From: an uncultured Clostridia bacterium | GTDB taxonomy: Bacteria > Acidobacteriota > Blastocatellia > UBA7656 | Assembly (NCBI GenBank): GCA_964615905.1 | Contig: CAZTUB010000004.1 | Coordinates: 287,527-351,526 of the forward strand | Length of the DNA stretch: 64,000 nt | Reading direction: 5' to 3' | Shown: positions 18,416 through 28,569 of the stretch, in pieces | Numbering within the stretch: position 1 is the first letter of the stretch | Layout: each line of letters starts with the position of its first letter | The notes under the pieces: generated by a model | The model's database searches: none | What the model was told of the DNA's origin: nothing | The model's input: the letters and a program-made list of their open reading frames with translations, nothing else | Position numbers and translations under genes: made by a program

Positions 18416-19750
18416 TTGGCTAAGGAGACCATCAGCGGCGAGACGAAGCGTGACCCTATCCGCGCGCTTCGTCACCGCAACTACCGCATATACTTTACAG
18501 GGCTTTTTATCTCATTCATCGGAACCTGGATGCAGACGGTCGCGCAGAGCTGGCTCGTCTACAGGCTGTCGGGCTCTGCCTGGATGCTAGGGCTGGTCGG
18601 GTTTGCGGGCCAGGTCCCCGTCTTCCTGTTCGCCCCGTTTGCCGGAGTGATCGCAGACCGCCACAACCGCCGCCGGATCATCATAATCACCCAGACGCTG
18701 GCGATGGCTCAATCATTACTGCTCGCCGCGCTCACTTTGAGCGGCCGCATAACGGTCGGCGGTGTGCTCGCGCTCGCGCTCGTAAACGGGGTAATAAACT
18801 CGTTCGATATGCCGACGCGCCAGTCCTTCGTCGCGGAGCTTGTCGGCAGGCAAGACCTTATGAACGCCATCGCGTTGAACTCTTCGATGATAAACAGCGC
18901 GAGGATAATCGGACCGGCAATCGCGGGAATTGTGGTGGCGACTCTAGGCGAAGGGTTATGCTTTTTGCTGAACGGGCTCAGTTACATAGCGGTCATCGCA
19001 GGTCTTTTCGCCATCAAGGTCACGGCCGCGACGACTGCCGAGCGGGGCGGCTCTGTCCTTGGCGATCTGAAGGAGGGGTTTCATTTCGTGGCAAGGACGC
19101 GCCCCATCGCCGCGCTGCTTTTGCTCGTCGCCTTTGTGAGCATCGCCGGGATGCCCTACATAGTCTTGATGCCGATCTTTGCCGACCGCGTGCTCGGCGG
19201 AGGCGCAGGCGCGCTCGGCCTGCTGTTGGGCGGCGCGGGCGTCGGCGCGCTCGGCGGCGCGCTCTCGCTCGCATCGCGTAACAGGGTGCGCGGGCTCGGT
19301 AGAGTCGTCGCAATAAGCGTTGCGGTCTTCGGAACAATGCTCATGCTCTTTTCGCTTTCAAGAAGCCTGGCGCTCTCGACATTACTGCTCGTACCCATAG
19401 GGTTCACGCTCATCCTCCAGATGTCGGCGTCGAACACCTTGTTGCAGGCGATGGTGCCCGACAGGTTGCGCGGGCGGACGATGAGCTTTTACTCGATGAG
19501 CTTGATGGGGATGGCCCCGTTCGGCAGCCTGCTCGCAGGCGCGGTGGCCGCATCGCTCGGCGCGCCCGCTACTGTCGCGGGAGGCGGGGCCTTATGCCTT
19601 GCCGCAGCCGTCTTGTTCTCGCTCAAGCTTCCTGGATTGCGGCGCGACGCCTTGCCGATGCTTGTGGCCCACGGGCTCTTGCAGGGCGAGCCGCTAGAAC
19701 CGGCAGCGACTGACCCGAGGGCGGTCGATAAGAGTGAAGCGAGCACTTGA
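18416..19750 (+). CDS. MFS transporter (EntS/enterobactin-exporter-like)
   Basis: 12 predicted TM segments and a DRHNRRR cytoplasmic loop motif typical of MFS_3 transporters. Confidence 0.8.
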   Translation: MAKETISGETKRDPIRALRHRNYRIYFTGLFISFIGTWMQTVAQSWLVYRLSGSAWMLGLVGFAGQVPVFLFAPFAGVIADRHNRRRIIIITQTLAMAQSLLLAALTLSGRITVGGVLALALVNGVINSFDMPTRQSFVAELVGRQDLMNAIALNSSMINSARIIGPAIAGIVVATLGEGLCFLLNGLSYIAVIAGLFAIKVTAATTAERGGSVLGDLKEGFHFVARTRPIAALLLLVAFVSIAGMPYIVLMPIFADRVLGGGAGALGLLLGGAGVGALGGALSLASRNRVRGLGRVVAISVAVFGTMLMLFSLSRSLALSTLLLVPIGFTLILQMSASNTLLQAMVPDRLRGRTMSFYSMSLMGMAPFGSLLAGAVAASLGAPATVAGGGALCLAAAVLFSLKLPGLRRDALPMLVAHGLLQGEPLEPAATDPRAVDKSEAST

Positions 19751-19778
19751 GGGAAGCGGGTTTATAAAGGCACAGGGA

Positions 19779-20540
19779 TTAACGATTCAGGACGCGCGCG
19801 AGCGTCAACACATTGACGCGTGCGGCCCCCGCGTCGATAAGCGCCTCGGCAGCCGCGGCGATGGTGCTGCCTGTTGTGTAGAGATCATCTACAAGAAGGA
19901 CGCTTCGCCCCTCTACAGACCCTGCGCGCGTAACGCTGAACGCCCTTCGTACTGATTGCGCCCGGTCAATCGCGTCCATGCCCGCTCTGTGTCTTTCGGT
20001 ATGCCTCACCCTCGCAAGCGATATTGTGTCGACTGGCAGGTCGAGGGTGCGAGAGGCCGCGCGGGCGATTATTCCGGCCTGATTAAAGCCGCGCTCTTTC
20101 AAACGCTTGCCGTGCAGCGGAACCGGAATTATAAGGTCGGAGTCGAGCGCTGCGCGGCTCTCGTAAAGCGTGCGGGCTAGAATATCGCGGAGACGTGGGC
20201 ACAGGTGAGGGTTCGATTTTAGAAAGATTATATTCGCTTCAATCGCGCCGGTGTACGACCCACAGGCGCGCGCGCAATGGACAGGAAGCGACTGGCACGA
20301 CCCGCACGACGCTTCGCCGGAAGAGGACGGGTCGCTTGACGGCGAGCCGACAGGTACGCCGCATCTTACGCAGATACTCTGGCCGAAAAAAAGTTGTGTG
20401 GCTGAAGCGTCTTCCCAACACTTGCCGCAAGCGGCTCCGTCATCCCAGCTATCGACAGAGCCGCCGCACAAAAAGCAATCGGAGGGGTAAAAGGTGGAGA
20501 GCAACCCGTCTCTTAAACTTTGCAGCGCGCGAATGGCCAC
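19779..20540 (-). CDS. comF: ComF family protein (phosphoribosyltransferase domain with N-terminal double zinc ribbon)
   Basis: N-terminal CxxC...CxxC, and a C-terminal PRTase motif VLLVDDLYTTGSTIAAAAEAL. Confidence 0.8.
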   Translation of the reverse strand: MAIRALQSLRDGLLSTFYPSDCFLCGGSVDSWDDGAACGKCWEDASATQLFFGQSICVRCGVPVGSPSSDPSSSGEASCGSCQSLPVHCARACGSYTGAIEANIIFLKSNPHLCPRLRDILARTLYESRAALDSDLIIPVPLHGKRLKERGFNQAGIIARAASRTLDLPVDTISLARVRHTERHRAGMDAIDRAQSVRRAFSVTRAGSVEGRSVLLVDDLYTTGSTIAAAAEALIDAGAARVNVLTLARVLNR

Positions 20541-20650
20541 GCGAAATCCCCCGCCGCAATATTAGCAATTCGTTGGGAGAGTAAACAAAGGCTGGCGGCC
20601 CACGGAAGGCCGGTGGCGGTTATGACTGGTTTTATGATTGCAAGTCAAAC

Positions 20651-21034
20651 CTAAATCTCTTTCTCGACTAAAAGACCCTGCTCTACAAGTTCCTGACAGC
20701 GTATGCAGTGAGGCGTCCACGGTATTGCGTCAAGCCGTTTGGGCGCGATCTCTTCTCCGCAATTGGCGCATTCGCCAAACGAGCCTTCCTCGATCCGGTC
20801 GAGCGCCTCTTCGATTAGCTTCAGCGTGTTCCGTTCATTGGTGCTCTGAGAAAATAGCAGCTCCTTTGTGTATGAGTTCGAGGCTTTATCAGCCGGGTCC
20901 TGGCTGACGTCGCGGTCGGCCTCGCGCCCGTAGTCCTCTGTTCGCTCGACCATGCCGAGGAGCGTATTCCTATGCTCTGTCAACCTGGCCTCGTATTGTT
21001 TCAGTCTCTTTTTATCCATTGTTGCTCCTGGCAC
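20651..21034 (-). CDS. dksA: DksA/TraR family C4-type zinc-finger transcription factor
   Basis: Coiled-coil N-terminus and C-terminal CANCGEEI...CIRCQ. Confidence 0.8.
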   Translation of the reverse strand: MPGATMDKKRLKQYEARLTEHRNTLLGMVERTEDYGREADRDVSQDPADKASNSYTKELLFSQSTNERNTLKLIEEALDRIEEGSFGECANCGEEIAPKRLDAIPWTPHCIRCQELVEQGLLVEKEI

Positions 21035-21071
21035 CGATTAAAATTTCCCGAAATTGCACTATTAATCCCTG

Positions 21072-21539
21072 TCACTTCTGGTACGGCAGGTCGTGGATTA
21101 TCGTAAACGCGCGATAGACCTGCTCGACCAGTATCACGCGCGCAAACTCGTGCGTCAGCGTCATCCGCGAAAGCGAAAGCACGACGTCGGCCCTCTTCTT
21201 CACCGCCGTTGAAAGCCCGCCGTAGCCGCCGATGACGAAGGTGATCTGCTTTGTCGAGGTGAGCCTGTGCTGCTCGATAAAATCGGCAAGCTCGACCGAC
21301 GTCATCGGCTTCCCGCCTTCATCACAAACCACCACGAACGGGTCTGACTCTACCCGCGCGCCTATCTCCTCGCCCTCTTTTTCAATGATCTTCCGCCTGT
21401 CAGCTCCAACATCATCGCGGTCGCGAAGCTCTACTACCTCTATGCGGACAAACTTTTCAAGCCGTCCCAAATACTCCGCGACAAGCTCTTTGACCGGCCT
21501 CATCCTGGCCTTGCCTACCCATACGAACCGCAGCTTCAT
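21072..21539 (-). CDS. rlmH: 23S rRNA (pseudouridine1915-N3)-methyltransferase RlmH
   Basis: MKLRFVWVGKARMRPVKELVAEYLGRL... is 155 aa with a SPOUT-fold signature. Confidence 0.88.
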   Translation of the reverse strand: MKLRFVWVGKARMRPVKELVAEYLGRLEKFVRIEVVELRDRDDVGADRRKIIEKEGEEIGARVESDPFVVVCDEGGKPMTSVELADFIEQHRLTSTKQITFVIGGYGGLSTAVKKRADVVLSLSRMTLTHEFARVILVEQVYRAFTIIHDLPYQK

Positions 21540-21558
21540 TCGCTTCCATTAAAAACAA

Positions 21559-22509
21559 TCAACTGCCCGCGCTGTGCGCTTTCAGCTTGCCGATGTTATA
21601 CCGGCGCATCTTCTCGTAAAGGTTCTTGCGGCTGATGCCGAGTATCTCAGCCGCGCGCGTCTTGTTACCGCGCGTGTATTCGAGCACTTCCCGAATATAG
21701 ACCGCCTCAAGCTCGGCAAGGCTCGGCTTGCGGTCGCGCGATTGTATCAAACGCGCCGCGGACCTCAGATAATCGGGCAACTGTTCCGGCTCGATCACTT
21801 CGCGGGTCGAGGCCATGACCGCCTGTTCTATGATGTTTCTAAGCTCTCGAACATTGCCTGGGAAGTCGTAACCCTTGAGCAGCTCCAGCGCTTCACTCGA
21901 AAGGTGAACGCCCGCCCGACCGCTGCGCGAGGCGAAATGGCGCACGAAATCCTCTGCAAGCTGCGCAATGTCGCCGCCCCTCTCCGCGAGCCTTGGAAGC
22001 TCGACAGTGACTACGTTGAGCCTGTAGTAGAGGTCGTCGCGGAATGCGCGGGCGCGGACGGCTTCTTTCAGATCGATATTGGCAAGCGCGATGATGCGAA
22101 CGTCTATCCTGACAGACTGCTTGCCGCCGAGCCGCTCGAAGCTGCGCTCCTCGATGACGCGAAGCAGCTTTGCCTGCGCCGAAGGGCTGAGGCTGGCTAT
22201 CTCGTCTAGCACGAGAGTGCCGCCGTCGGCCGCTTCAAACCTGCCGGGCTTTGATTCGGTCGCCCCTGTGAAGGCACCCTTCTCGTACCCAAACAACTCG
22301 GACTCCAAAAGCTCCTCGGGAAGCGACGCGCAATCTATCTTGACGAACGCCCGCCCGGCGCGCGGGCTTCGACTGTGTATAAAACGCGCGGTCGCGTCCT
22401 TGCCGGTTCCTGATTCGCCAAGCACGAGCACGTTCGCGTCCGTGACTGACACGCGCTCGACGAGTTCCGCAACTCGCTGCATGGCCGGGGAGTTAGTAGT
22501 AAGCTTCAT
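21559..22509 (-). CDS. Sigma-54-dependent transcriptional activator lacking a receiver/sensor domain (PspF-like)
   Basis: Walker A VLVLGESGTGKD and a GAFTGA loop (YEKGAFTGA) are present, with a C-terminal Fis-type HTH (AAEILGISRKNLYEKMRRY). The protein is only 316 aa. Confidence 0.85.
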   Translation of the reverse strand: MKLTTNSPAMQRVAELVERVSVTDANVLVLGESGTGKDATARFIHSRSPRAGRAFVKIDCASLPEELLESELFGYEKGAFTGATESKPGRFEAADGGTLVLDEIASLSPSAQAKLLRVIEERSFERLGGKQSVRIDVRIIALANIDLKEAVRARAFRDDLYYRLNVVTVELPRLAERGGDIAQLAEDFVRHFASRSGRAGVHLSSEALELLKGYDFPGNVRELRNIIEQAVMASTREVIEPEQLPDYLRSAARLIQSRDRKPSLAELEAVYIREVLEYTRGNKTRAAEILGISRKNLYEKMRRYNIGKLKAHSAGS

Positions 22510-22567
22510 ATACCTTGCCGCCTATTGAGTTCGATGCCAGCGACACAGGGGCAGTCTCCGTCTCTTT

Positions 22568-22957
22568 TTATTCGTCCAGCTTTACATCGATACGCTCAGC
22601 ATCTCGCCACAGCCGCTCGAGGTCGTAAAAACGTCGTGCAGAGCTGCTGAAGACGTGGACGATGAAATCGCCGTAGTCTAGCAGAATCCACTCCGCACTG
22701 CTATAGCCTTCTATGTGCCTGGGGCGTTTGCCTGCTTCGCGAAGCTTCTCTTCAACAGAGTTCGATATGGCCTGCACCTGGCGCTGGTTCGTGCCCGTGC
22801 AGATCACAAAAAAGTCCGTGAAAGAAGCCACCTTCCGCAGGTCGAGCACGACGATCTCCGTAGCCTTCTTATCGCTCGCGGCGCGCGCAGCGATCACGGC
22901 TGCCTCATCCGGCTCAACCATCGTTAATTGCTGTTCTTCATTTACGCTACGACTCAT
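22568..22957 (-). CDS. rsfS: Ribosomal silencing factor RsfS (Iojap)
   Basis: VLDLRKVASFTDFFVICTGTNQRQVQAISNSV...GDFIVHVF. Confidence 0.85.
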   Translation of the reverse strand: MSRSVNEEQQLTMVEPDEAAVIAARAASDKKATEIVVLDLRKVASFTDFFVICTGTNQRQVQAISNSVEEKLREAGKRPRHIEGYSSAEWILLDYGDFIVHVFSSSARRFYDLERLWRDAERIDVKLDE

Positions 22958-22961
22958 TCGG

Positions 22962-23624
22962 TTACCGCCTGTAAAGTTCGTACCTTTTTATATAATCAGC
23001 GACCGCGTCGGGCACAAGGCCACCGACGGGCTCGCCTTCTTTTACCCTGCGCCTTATCTCTGTCGACGAGACATCCTTCTGCACGCTGTCGGTCAAGTAG
23101 ATGTGACAGCATCCGTCTTCGCGCGGCGCAGGTTCCGTCTCCCCGCGAAGGTCGACGATCTTGGGCGCAAACCTCTCCGCGAGATGCGACGTGCGGACCT
23201 CGTGGCCGGGCCGCGCGGCCACTATCAAATTGGTCCCGGAGAGCAGTCTCGCGGGCTCGCGCCAGGTGTTGATCTCTTCAAACGAGTCTGCGCCCATTAC
23301 GAAATAGAGGCTCGCCTGCTGGCCATAAATCTCTTTCAGCCGCTCGACCGTCTCGAATGTAAACGGCCGGTCAGGAGCCTCTATCTCGACCGTCGAGACT
23401 CTAAACCCCGGCTCCCGTATCGTCGCAAGCACCGTCATAGCATAACGGTGATACGAGTTCGAGATAATACTATTTCTCTTGTGCGGCGGCCTGTAGGCCG
23501 GTATCAAGAGCAGCTCATCCATCTCGAAGCTGCGAAAGGCTGCGCGGGCCACTTCCAGGTGGCCTGTGTGTGGCGGATCGAACGTCCCGCCGTATGCGCC
23601 AATTCGCCGCTTGTCCAGGATGAT
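22962..23624 (-). CDS. nadD: Nicotinate-nucleotide adenylyltransferase NadD (non-canonical start)
   Basis: IGAYGGTFDPPHTGHLEVA is the (H/T)xGH nucleotidyltransferase motif. The frame is open back to a stop at 23637-23639, and there is no ATG, GTG or TTG between that stop and the GGTFDP motif. A GGGAGG Shine-Dalgarno sequence precedes ATC/CTG codons. Confidence 0.8.
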   Translation of the reverse strand: MILDKRRIGAYGGTFDPPHTGHLEVARAAFRSFEMDELLLIPAYRPPHKRNSIISNSYHRYAMTVLATIREPGFRVSTVEIEAPDRPFTFETVERLKEIYGQQASLYFVMGADSFEEINTWREPARLLSGTNLIVAARPGHEVRTSHLAERFAPKIVDLRGETEPAPREDGCCHIYLTDSVQKDVSSTEIRRRVKEGEPVGGLVPDAVADYIKRYELYRR

Positions 23625-23653
23625 TGCCTCCCGAAATCAACTCTCTTATGAAA

Positions 23654-24709
23654 TCAGGCCGTCGAGCTCTCGGCGCTCTCTTCGCCAAGCTCAACCAAAT
23701 CTCTCTCCCGGTCGATCTGCTCAAGCCTCGCGCCGAGCAGATTGACAAGCTGAGGAATGCCCTGGCCCGTCACGGCCGAGATCTCAAGGAACTCGAACCC
23801 CTGCTCCGAGGCAAACTGTCGAAGCTGCTCCACCCTCGAAGGGTCGTCAACCGCGTCCATCTTCGACGCCGCAACAAACTGCGGCTTGTCGAGTAGGTCT
23901 GCTTTATAAAGCCTCAGCTCCTGGCTGATCGTCACCAAGTCCTCAACAGGGTCGCGCCCGTTCGACGATACATCGACGACATGGAGCAGAAGCTTTGTCC
24001 GCTCGATGTGCCTGAGAAACTTCAGGCCGAGCCCCGTCCCCTTGTGCGCTCCCTCGATAAGCCCAGGTATGTCTGCGACCACAAATCCACGGTCATCGCC
24101 GTAAGCGACGACTCCGAGATTCGGCACAAGCGTCGTGAAAGGGTAGTCCGCGATCTTGGGCCTGGCCGCCGATATGCGTGAGATCAGCGTAGACTTGCCT
24201 GCATTCGGGAAGCCTACAAGCCCCACGTCGGCTATGAGCTTTAGCTCAAGGCTGAGGTGGCGAACCACTCCGGGTTTTCCGTCCTGGTGGTGGCGCGGCG
24301 CGCGGTTTGTCGAAGTAGCGAAGTGCGCGTTTCCGAGGCCGCCGCGACCTCCGGGAGCAATCTCTATGCGCTCGCCCGGCTTTGTGAAATCGTAAACAAG
24401 CTCGCCCGTTTCGCTATCGGTCACGAGCGTGCCGACGGGGACGAGCACCGTCAGGTCGTCGCCGTCTTTTCCGTGGCGGTTGCTGCCTTCGCCGTGAAGC
24501 CCACGGCCTGCTCTGTATTCGGGATTGAATCGAAATTGGAGGAGCGTGTTTAGCTGGACCGTCGACTCCATGAAGACCGAGCCGCCCCGGCCGCCGTCGC
24601 CGCCGGAGGGGCCTCCGCGCGGGACGAATTTCTCGCGGCGAAACGCCGTAACGCCGTTGCCACCGTCTCCACCTTTTACTACTATTCTGGCCCGATCTAA
24701 AAACTGCAT
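23654..24709 (-). CDS. obg: GTPase Obg/CgtA
   Basis: [43 protein letters not shown] is the Obg fold, and a G domain is present ([10 protein letters not shown]). Confidence 0.92.
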   Translation of the reverse strand: MQFLDRARIVVKGGDGGNGVTAFRREKFVPRGGPSGGDGGRGGSVFMESTVQLNTLLQFRFNPEYRAGRGLHGEGSNRHGKDGDDLTVLVPVGTLVTDSETGELVYDFTKPGERIEIAPGGRGGLGNAHFATSTNRAPRHHQDGKPGVVRHLSLELKLIADVGLVGFPNAGKSTLISRISAARPKIADYPFTTLVPNLGVVAYGDDRGFVVADIPGLIEGAHKGTGLGLKFLRHIERTKLLLHVVDVSSNGRDPVEDLVTISQELRLYKADLLDKPQFVAASKMDAVDDPSRVEQLRQFASEQGFEFLEISAVTGQGIPQLVNLLGARLEQIDRERDLVELGEESAESSTA

Positions 24710-24828
24710 CTTTGCTCAGTGGTCAGCCAGCCAGTTGCCATGCGCCTCGGTAGCAGACTGCCGGTTTGATGTGCGTGCCGATCCTTTCCGAGAACCGGCC
24801 AACTGACTTGCGGGCAACTGACTACTGG

Positions 24829-25086
24829 CTACTGCTGGGGATAGACGCTGATAAACTTACCCTTGCGTCCTTTTTCTTCAAATTTCACGAATCCGGTGAC
24901 AAGCGCAAAAAGCGTATCATCTTTGCCGCGCCCGACGTTGTTGCCGGGCTTAAAGACCGTGCCGCGCTGGCGGACCAGTATCTCGCCGCCGTTGACGGCC
25001 TGTCCGCCAAACCGCTTGACGCCGAGTCGCTGTGCGTTCGAATCGCGCCCGTTGCGCGAGCTGCCAACTCCCTTTTTATGTGCCAT
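24829..25086 (-). CDS. rpmA: 50S ribosomal protein L27
   Basis: [29 protein letters not shown]. Confidence 0.95.
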   Translation of the reverse strand: MAHKKGVGSSRNGRDSNAQRLGVKRFGGQAVNGGEILVRQRGTVFKPGNNVGRGKDDTLFALVTGFVKFEEKGRKGKFISVYPQQ

Positions 25087-25173
25087 AACTCTCCCGGTAT
25101 AACTGTTTATCGCGCCCTGGACTGAGCCCAGCAGGCGACCGTAGTAAATATCTGTCCGCAGCGGCTTAAATAA

Positions 25174-25485
25174 TTAGCTGCCCAGAGAATCGATCTTCAC
25201 GGCCGTGTAGTTCTGACGGTGGCCGTGCGTCTTTTTATACTGTTTGCGCCGCTTCTTTTTGAATACGATTATCTTCGGGCCGCGCCCGTGCTCGACCACA
25301 GTCCCCGAGACGCGAAGGCCGTCAACGACAGGCGCTCCAATGTTCACGCTGTCGCCGTCGCCCGAAACGAGCACGTCGAACTCGACCGCCGAGCCGACTT
25401 CGGCGACGAGCGAAGGGACCTGGACAATCTCCCCCTCTTGTACGCGGAACTGTTTGCCGCCTGACTGAATGATAGCGTATGCCAC
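25174..25485 (-). CDS. rplU: 50S ribosomal protein L21
   Basis: A GTG start is preceded by GGAGG 6 nt upstream. [18 protein letters not shown] matches the L21 N-terminus. The longer ORF extending to 25566 is unlikely. Confidence 0.9.
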   Translation of the reverse strand: MAYAIIQSGGKQFRVQEGEIVQVPSLVAEVGSAVEFDVLVSGDGDSVNIGAPVVDGLRVSGTVVEHGRGPKIIVFKKKRRKQYKKTHGHRQNYTAVKIDSLGS

Positions 25486-25583
25486 GGTTAGCTTCCTCCA
25501 AAAATTTGCTAATGACGAAAGTCCAAAATTATAACGGTCCGCTTCGTCTACTGTCAACGGCGTCAACTACGGTTGGCCGCCGG

Positions 25584-28541
25584 TCACTGGCCGCCCCTGC
25601 GGCTGGCAAGCTCCGCCAGCACCTGTTTCAACTGGTCGAGTTTTTCGCCCGCCTCGCGGTGTCGGCCCGCCGCCGCCAGCCGCTCGTACTCCGCGAACAA
25701 TTGCTGCGCCTGCCTCGCAAGTCCCGCCGCGTCCGCGGGCGCGGGTGGAGCGGGTTGCTGGCCGGGCTGCTGAACGGGTTGCTGAGCAGGCGGCTGGCCG
25801 GGTGGCTGGCCGGGCGGTGTGGCCGGTTGCTGGGTCGATTGCGCATCAGGCGAAGGTCTCTGGCCGCCAAGCTCCGAAACGAGCGTGCGAAGCGCGGTGT
25901 CAAAGCTAACGTCTGTGGCCAGCCGGTCCTGCGTCGCCACGGCGACCTGGCGCAGTTCGGGTATCTGGCTGTTTTCGGCCGCCAGGTAGAACGGCTCGAT
26001 ATAGAGCAGCGAATCGGCCAGGGGTATAACCTGCAAGTTGCCGCGCAGCACCTTCGACCCCGCGCGGTCCCACAGCGAGAGCTGCGCCGAGAGCTTCGCG
26101 TCCTGATTTATTCGCGCCTTGATCTGCATAGGCCCTGCGACCGTCACGTTCTTTGGAAAAGTGAAGACGAGCGTCTGCCCGTACTTGTCGCCGTCACTGC
26201 GCGCGGCCATCCACCCGATCATGTTATTGCGGCCCGGCCCCGCGGGCGTAAACGGCAATATGGAGATAAACTCAAGCCTCTTTTCCGCCTCCGACGGCAA
26301 CTGCATAAGCACGTAATAGGGCTCCATCTGCGCGGGCTCTGCGCCCGGTTGAACAGGGCCCTGCGGGGCCGCTTGGTCGAGCGCGGGGATGGCCCACAGG
26401 TCTTCGCGGTTATAAAACGTCTGCGCGCTTTCGACGTGATAGAGCGTGTATGCGTGTGCCTGCGCTTCGGCAAGCATGTCCGGGTAGCGTATGTGCGCGC
26501 GCAGGTCTGCGGGCATCTCGTCTGACCCGACGAAGAGTGACGGGAAGATCGACTGGTAAGCCTTTATGATCGGGTCGTCCGGGTCAAAGACGTAAAACTT
26601 CACCTCGCCTTCGTAAGCGTCCATCACGACTTTGACGGAGTTGCGTATATAATTTACGCCCCTGTTTGCCACCGTGTAGCCGGTCGAATAAGGATAGCGG
26701 TTCGAGTGCGTGAAGGCGTCGATCATCCAGTAGAGCCTTCCGTCCTGGCCTATCACGATGTAGGGGTCCGTCTCGTACATAAGAAACGGCGCGATTGAGC
26801 GCACGCGGGTCAGGATGTTCCGCCTTATCATCACCCGGCTGTTCGAGTCGATGTAATCCGAAAAAAGAAGGTTGGTCCCGTCGCCAAGGAAAACCGATAG
26901 CGCCGTTTTGCGAAAGAATCCGCCCACGGGTATCCCTGCTTTGCCGTCATACTCGTTGTAGGAATCCGTGTTGTCGGGCGCGGGATAGTTGAACTCCGGC
27001 TGGGTCGAGCTTTGCGACCGCGTGTTGACATAGACGTGTACGTTCGTAAGCTCTCCGAAATAGATCTCCGGCCGCGTTATCTTTATCTCAGGGACTTCGC
27101 TTTCGACAGGCATATTCCTGAGCACGAGCCGTGGCAGCCCTTCCTGCGTAAACTCGTTGACGGTGCTCATCGTCACGCCGTAGCCGTGCGTGTAGACGAG
27201 GTGCTGGTTGATCCAGTTGCGCGACTGCGCCTCAAGCTGGTCCACGTTCATCTCGCGGGCGGCGACCATCACCTGCCTGGTCTTGCCGTTTATGACGTAA
27301 CGATCAATGTCCGGCTCGCGGAACTCGTAATACTGCCTGATCTCCTGCACCTGGCTGATCGTCGACTGGAGCACTCGCGGGTCCCACAGCCTGATATTTT
27401 CGAGCGTCGGTCGGTTCTCAACGATCTTCTGCTCGGTGAGCGTCGGCGCGGGCTGAAAAGGCTTCTCCTCGAAGCGATCAAGCGCGAACCCCTGTCTAGT
27501 CTTCGTGATGTTGTGCTGGATGTACGGCGCTTCTTTCGCAAGCTCGTTCGGCTTTACAGAAAAGGATTGAACAAACGCGGGCACGATCAGCAGCCCGATT
27601 ACCCACACGGCAAAGACGACGCCTGCCGACCACCCGATCAGGCGCACGCGTCTCAAGGAAAACGCGTTGAAGACGAGCACGACGGCTACCGCCAGCAGCA
27701 AGACGATCAGTATCATCATGACAGGGAGCCTGAAATTGGCGTCCGTGTAGCCTATGCCTGTGAACAGATCGTGGCGCGTGTAGAGCAGGTCGAAGCGGCC
27801 CAGGTAAGTCTCGACGGCGAAGGTGACGGCCAGAAAAGCGCCCGCGAGACTGACCGCCCCCGCAGCCTTGCGCGCTGTTGCGGGCGAGCCGAACCCCTGC
27901 ATGCGCTCGATGTACCAGGTATATGCGGAAGCACCCGTGATAACCAGAAACAGAATCACCGCCATAGTCACCAGCCAGTTTGCGACAAGCTCAAGCGCCG
28001 GAAGCTCGAATAGGTAAAACGCGGCGTCTTTATTAAAAATCGGGTCTGTGATGCCGCCGGGAGCGGAGTTTAGGTAGAGCGCAAATGTGGGCCACTGCTG
28101 GCTCATGCCGAGCCCGTACATCAGCGCCACCGCCACCGACAGCAGCCACACTCCAGGTCGGTAGATCAACGGGAGAAAGTTGATCTCTCTCAAATCTTCG
28201 ACCGTCTTGGGTCGCAGTCGCGGTCGCTCCGTCAGTTGAGGGAGCGCGCGGTCTAAAGCGATAAACGGCAGCCGCAGTATTAGGAATGTTGCGGCAAGGA
28301 AGACAAGGAAGAGGACCGCCCCCAGTTTGAACTTGTACCAGTAGACATCGCCGAACCCAAGCGACGAAAACCACAGCGCGTCTACGTATATCCCTATGAG
28401 CTGCGAGCCGTAGAGGAAAAGTACCACAAGCAGGGCCAGTATTACGTACCGCCAGATTTTTCGCTTGCCCTGTTTGACTTCGATAACCTTGTCTTCAAAA
28501 AAAGGGTCGTCTTCCATGATCTTCCATTCCCACTCGCGCAA
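25584..28541 (-). CDS. UPF0182 family polytopic membrane protein with C-terminal Pro/Gln-rich tail
   Basis: N-terminal TM helices and the IYVDALWFSSLGFGDVYWY motif are typical of UPF0182. The protein is 985 aa with a low-complexity PGQPPGQPPAQQPVQQPGQQP tail. Confidence 0.7.
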   Translation of the reverse strand: MREWEWKIMEDDPFFEDKVIEVKQGKRKIWRYVILALLVVLFLYGSQLIGIYVDALWFSSLGFGDVYWYKFKLGAVLFLVFLAATFLILRLPFIALDRALPQLTERPRLRPKTVEDLREINFLPLIYRPGVWLLSVAVALMYGLGMSQQWPTFALYLNSAPGGITDPIFNKDAAFYLFELPALELVANWLVTMAVILFLVITGASAYTWYIERMQGFGSPATARKAAGAVSLAGAFLAVTFAVETYLGRFDLLYTRHDLFTGIGYTDANFRLPVMMILIVLLLAVAVVLVFNAFSLRRVRLIGWSAGVVFAVWVIGLLIVPAFVQSFSVKPNELAKEAPYIQHNITKTRQGFALDRFEEKPFQPAPTLTEQKIVENRPTLENIRLWDPRVLQSTISQVQEIRQYYEFREPDIDRYVINGKTRQVMVAAREMNVDQLEAQSRNWINQHLVYTHGYGVTMSTVNEFTQEGLPRLVLRNMPVESEVPEIKITRPEIYFGELTNVHVYVNTRSQSSTQPEFNYPAPDNTDSYNEYDGKAGIPVGGFFRKTALSVFLGDGTNLLFSDYIDSNSRVMIRRNILTRVRSIAPFLMYETDPYIVIGQDGRLYWMIDAFTHSNRYPYSTGYTVANRGVNYIRNSVKVVMDAYEGEVKFYVFDPDDPIIKAYQSIFPSLFVGSDEMPADLRAHIRYPDMLAEAQAHAYTLYHVESAQTFYNREDLWAIPALDQAAPQGPVQPGAEPAQMEPYYVLMQLPSEAEKRLEFISILPFTPAGPGRNNMIGWMAARSDGDKYGQTLVFTFPKNVTVAGPMQIKARINQDAKLSAQLSLWDRAGSKVLRGNLQVIPLADSLLYIEPFYLAAENSQIPELRQVAVATQDRLATDVSFDTALRTLVSELGGQRPSPDAQSTQQPATPPGQPPGQPPAQQPVQQPGQQPAPPAPADAAGLARQAQQLFAEYERLAAAGRHREAGEKLDQLKQVLAELASRRGGQ

Positions 28542-28569
28542 CGCTCAGGCGTTGCGGCTCCTATCCAGG

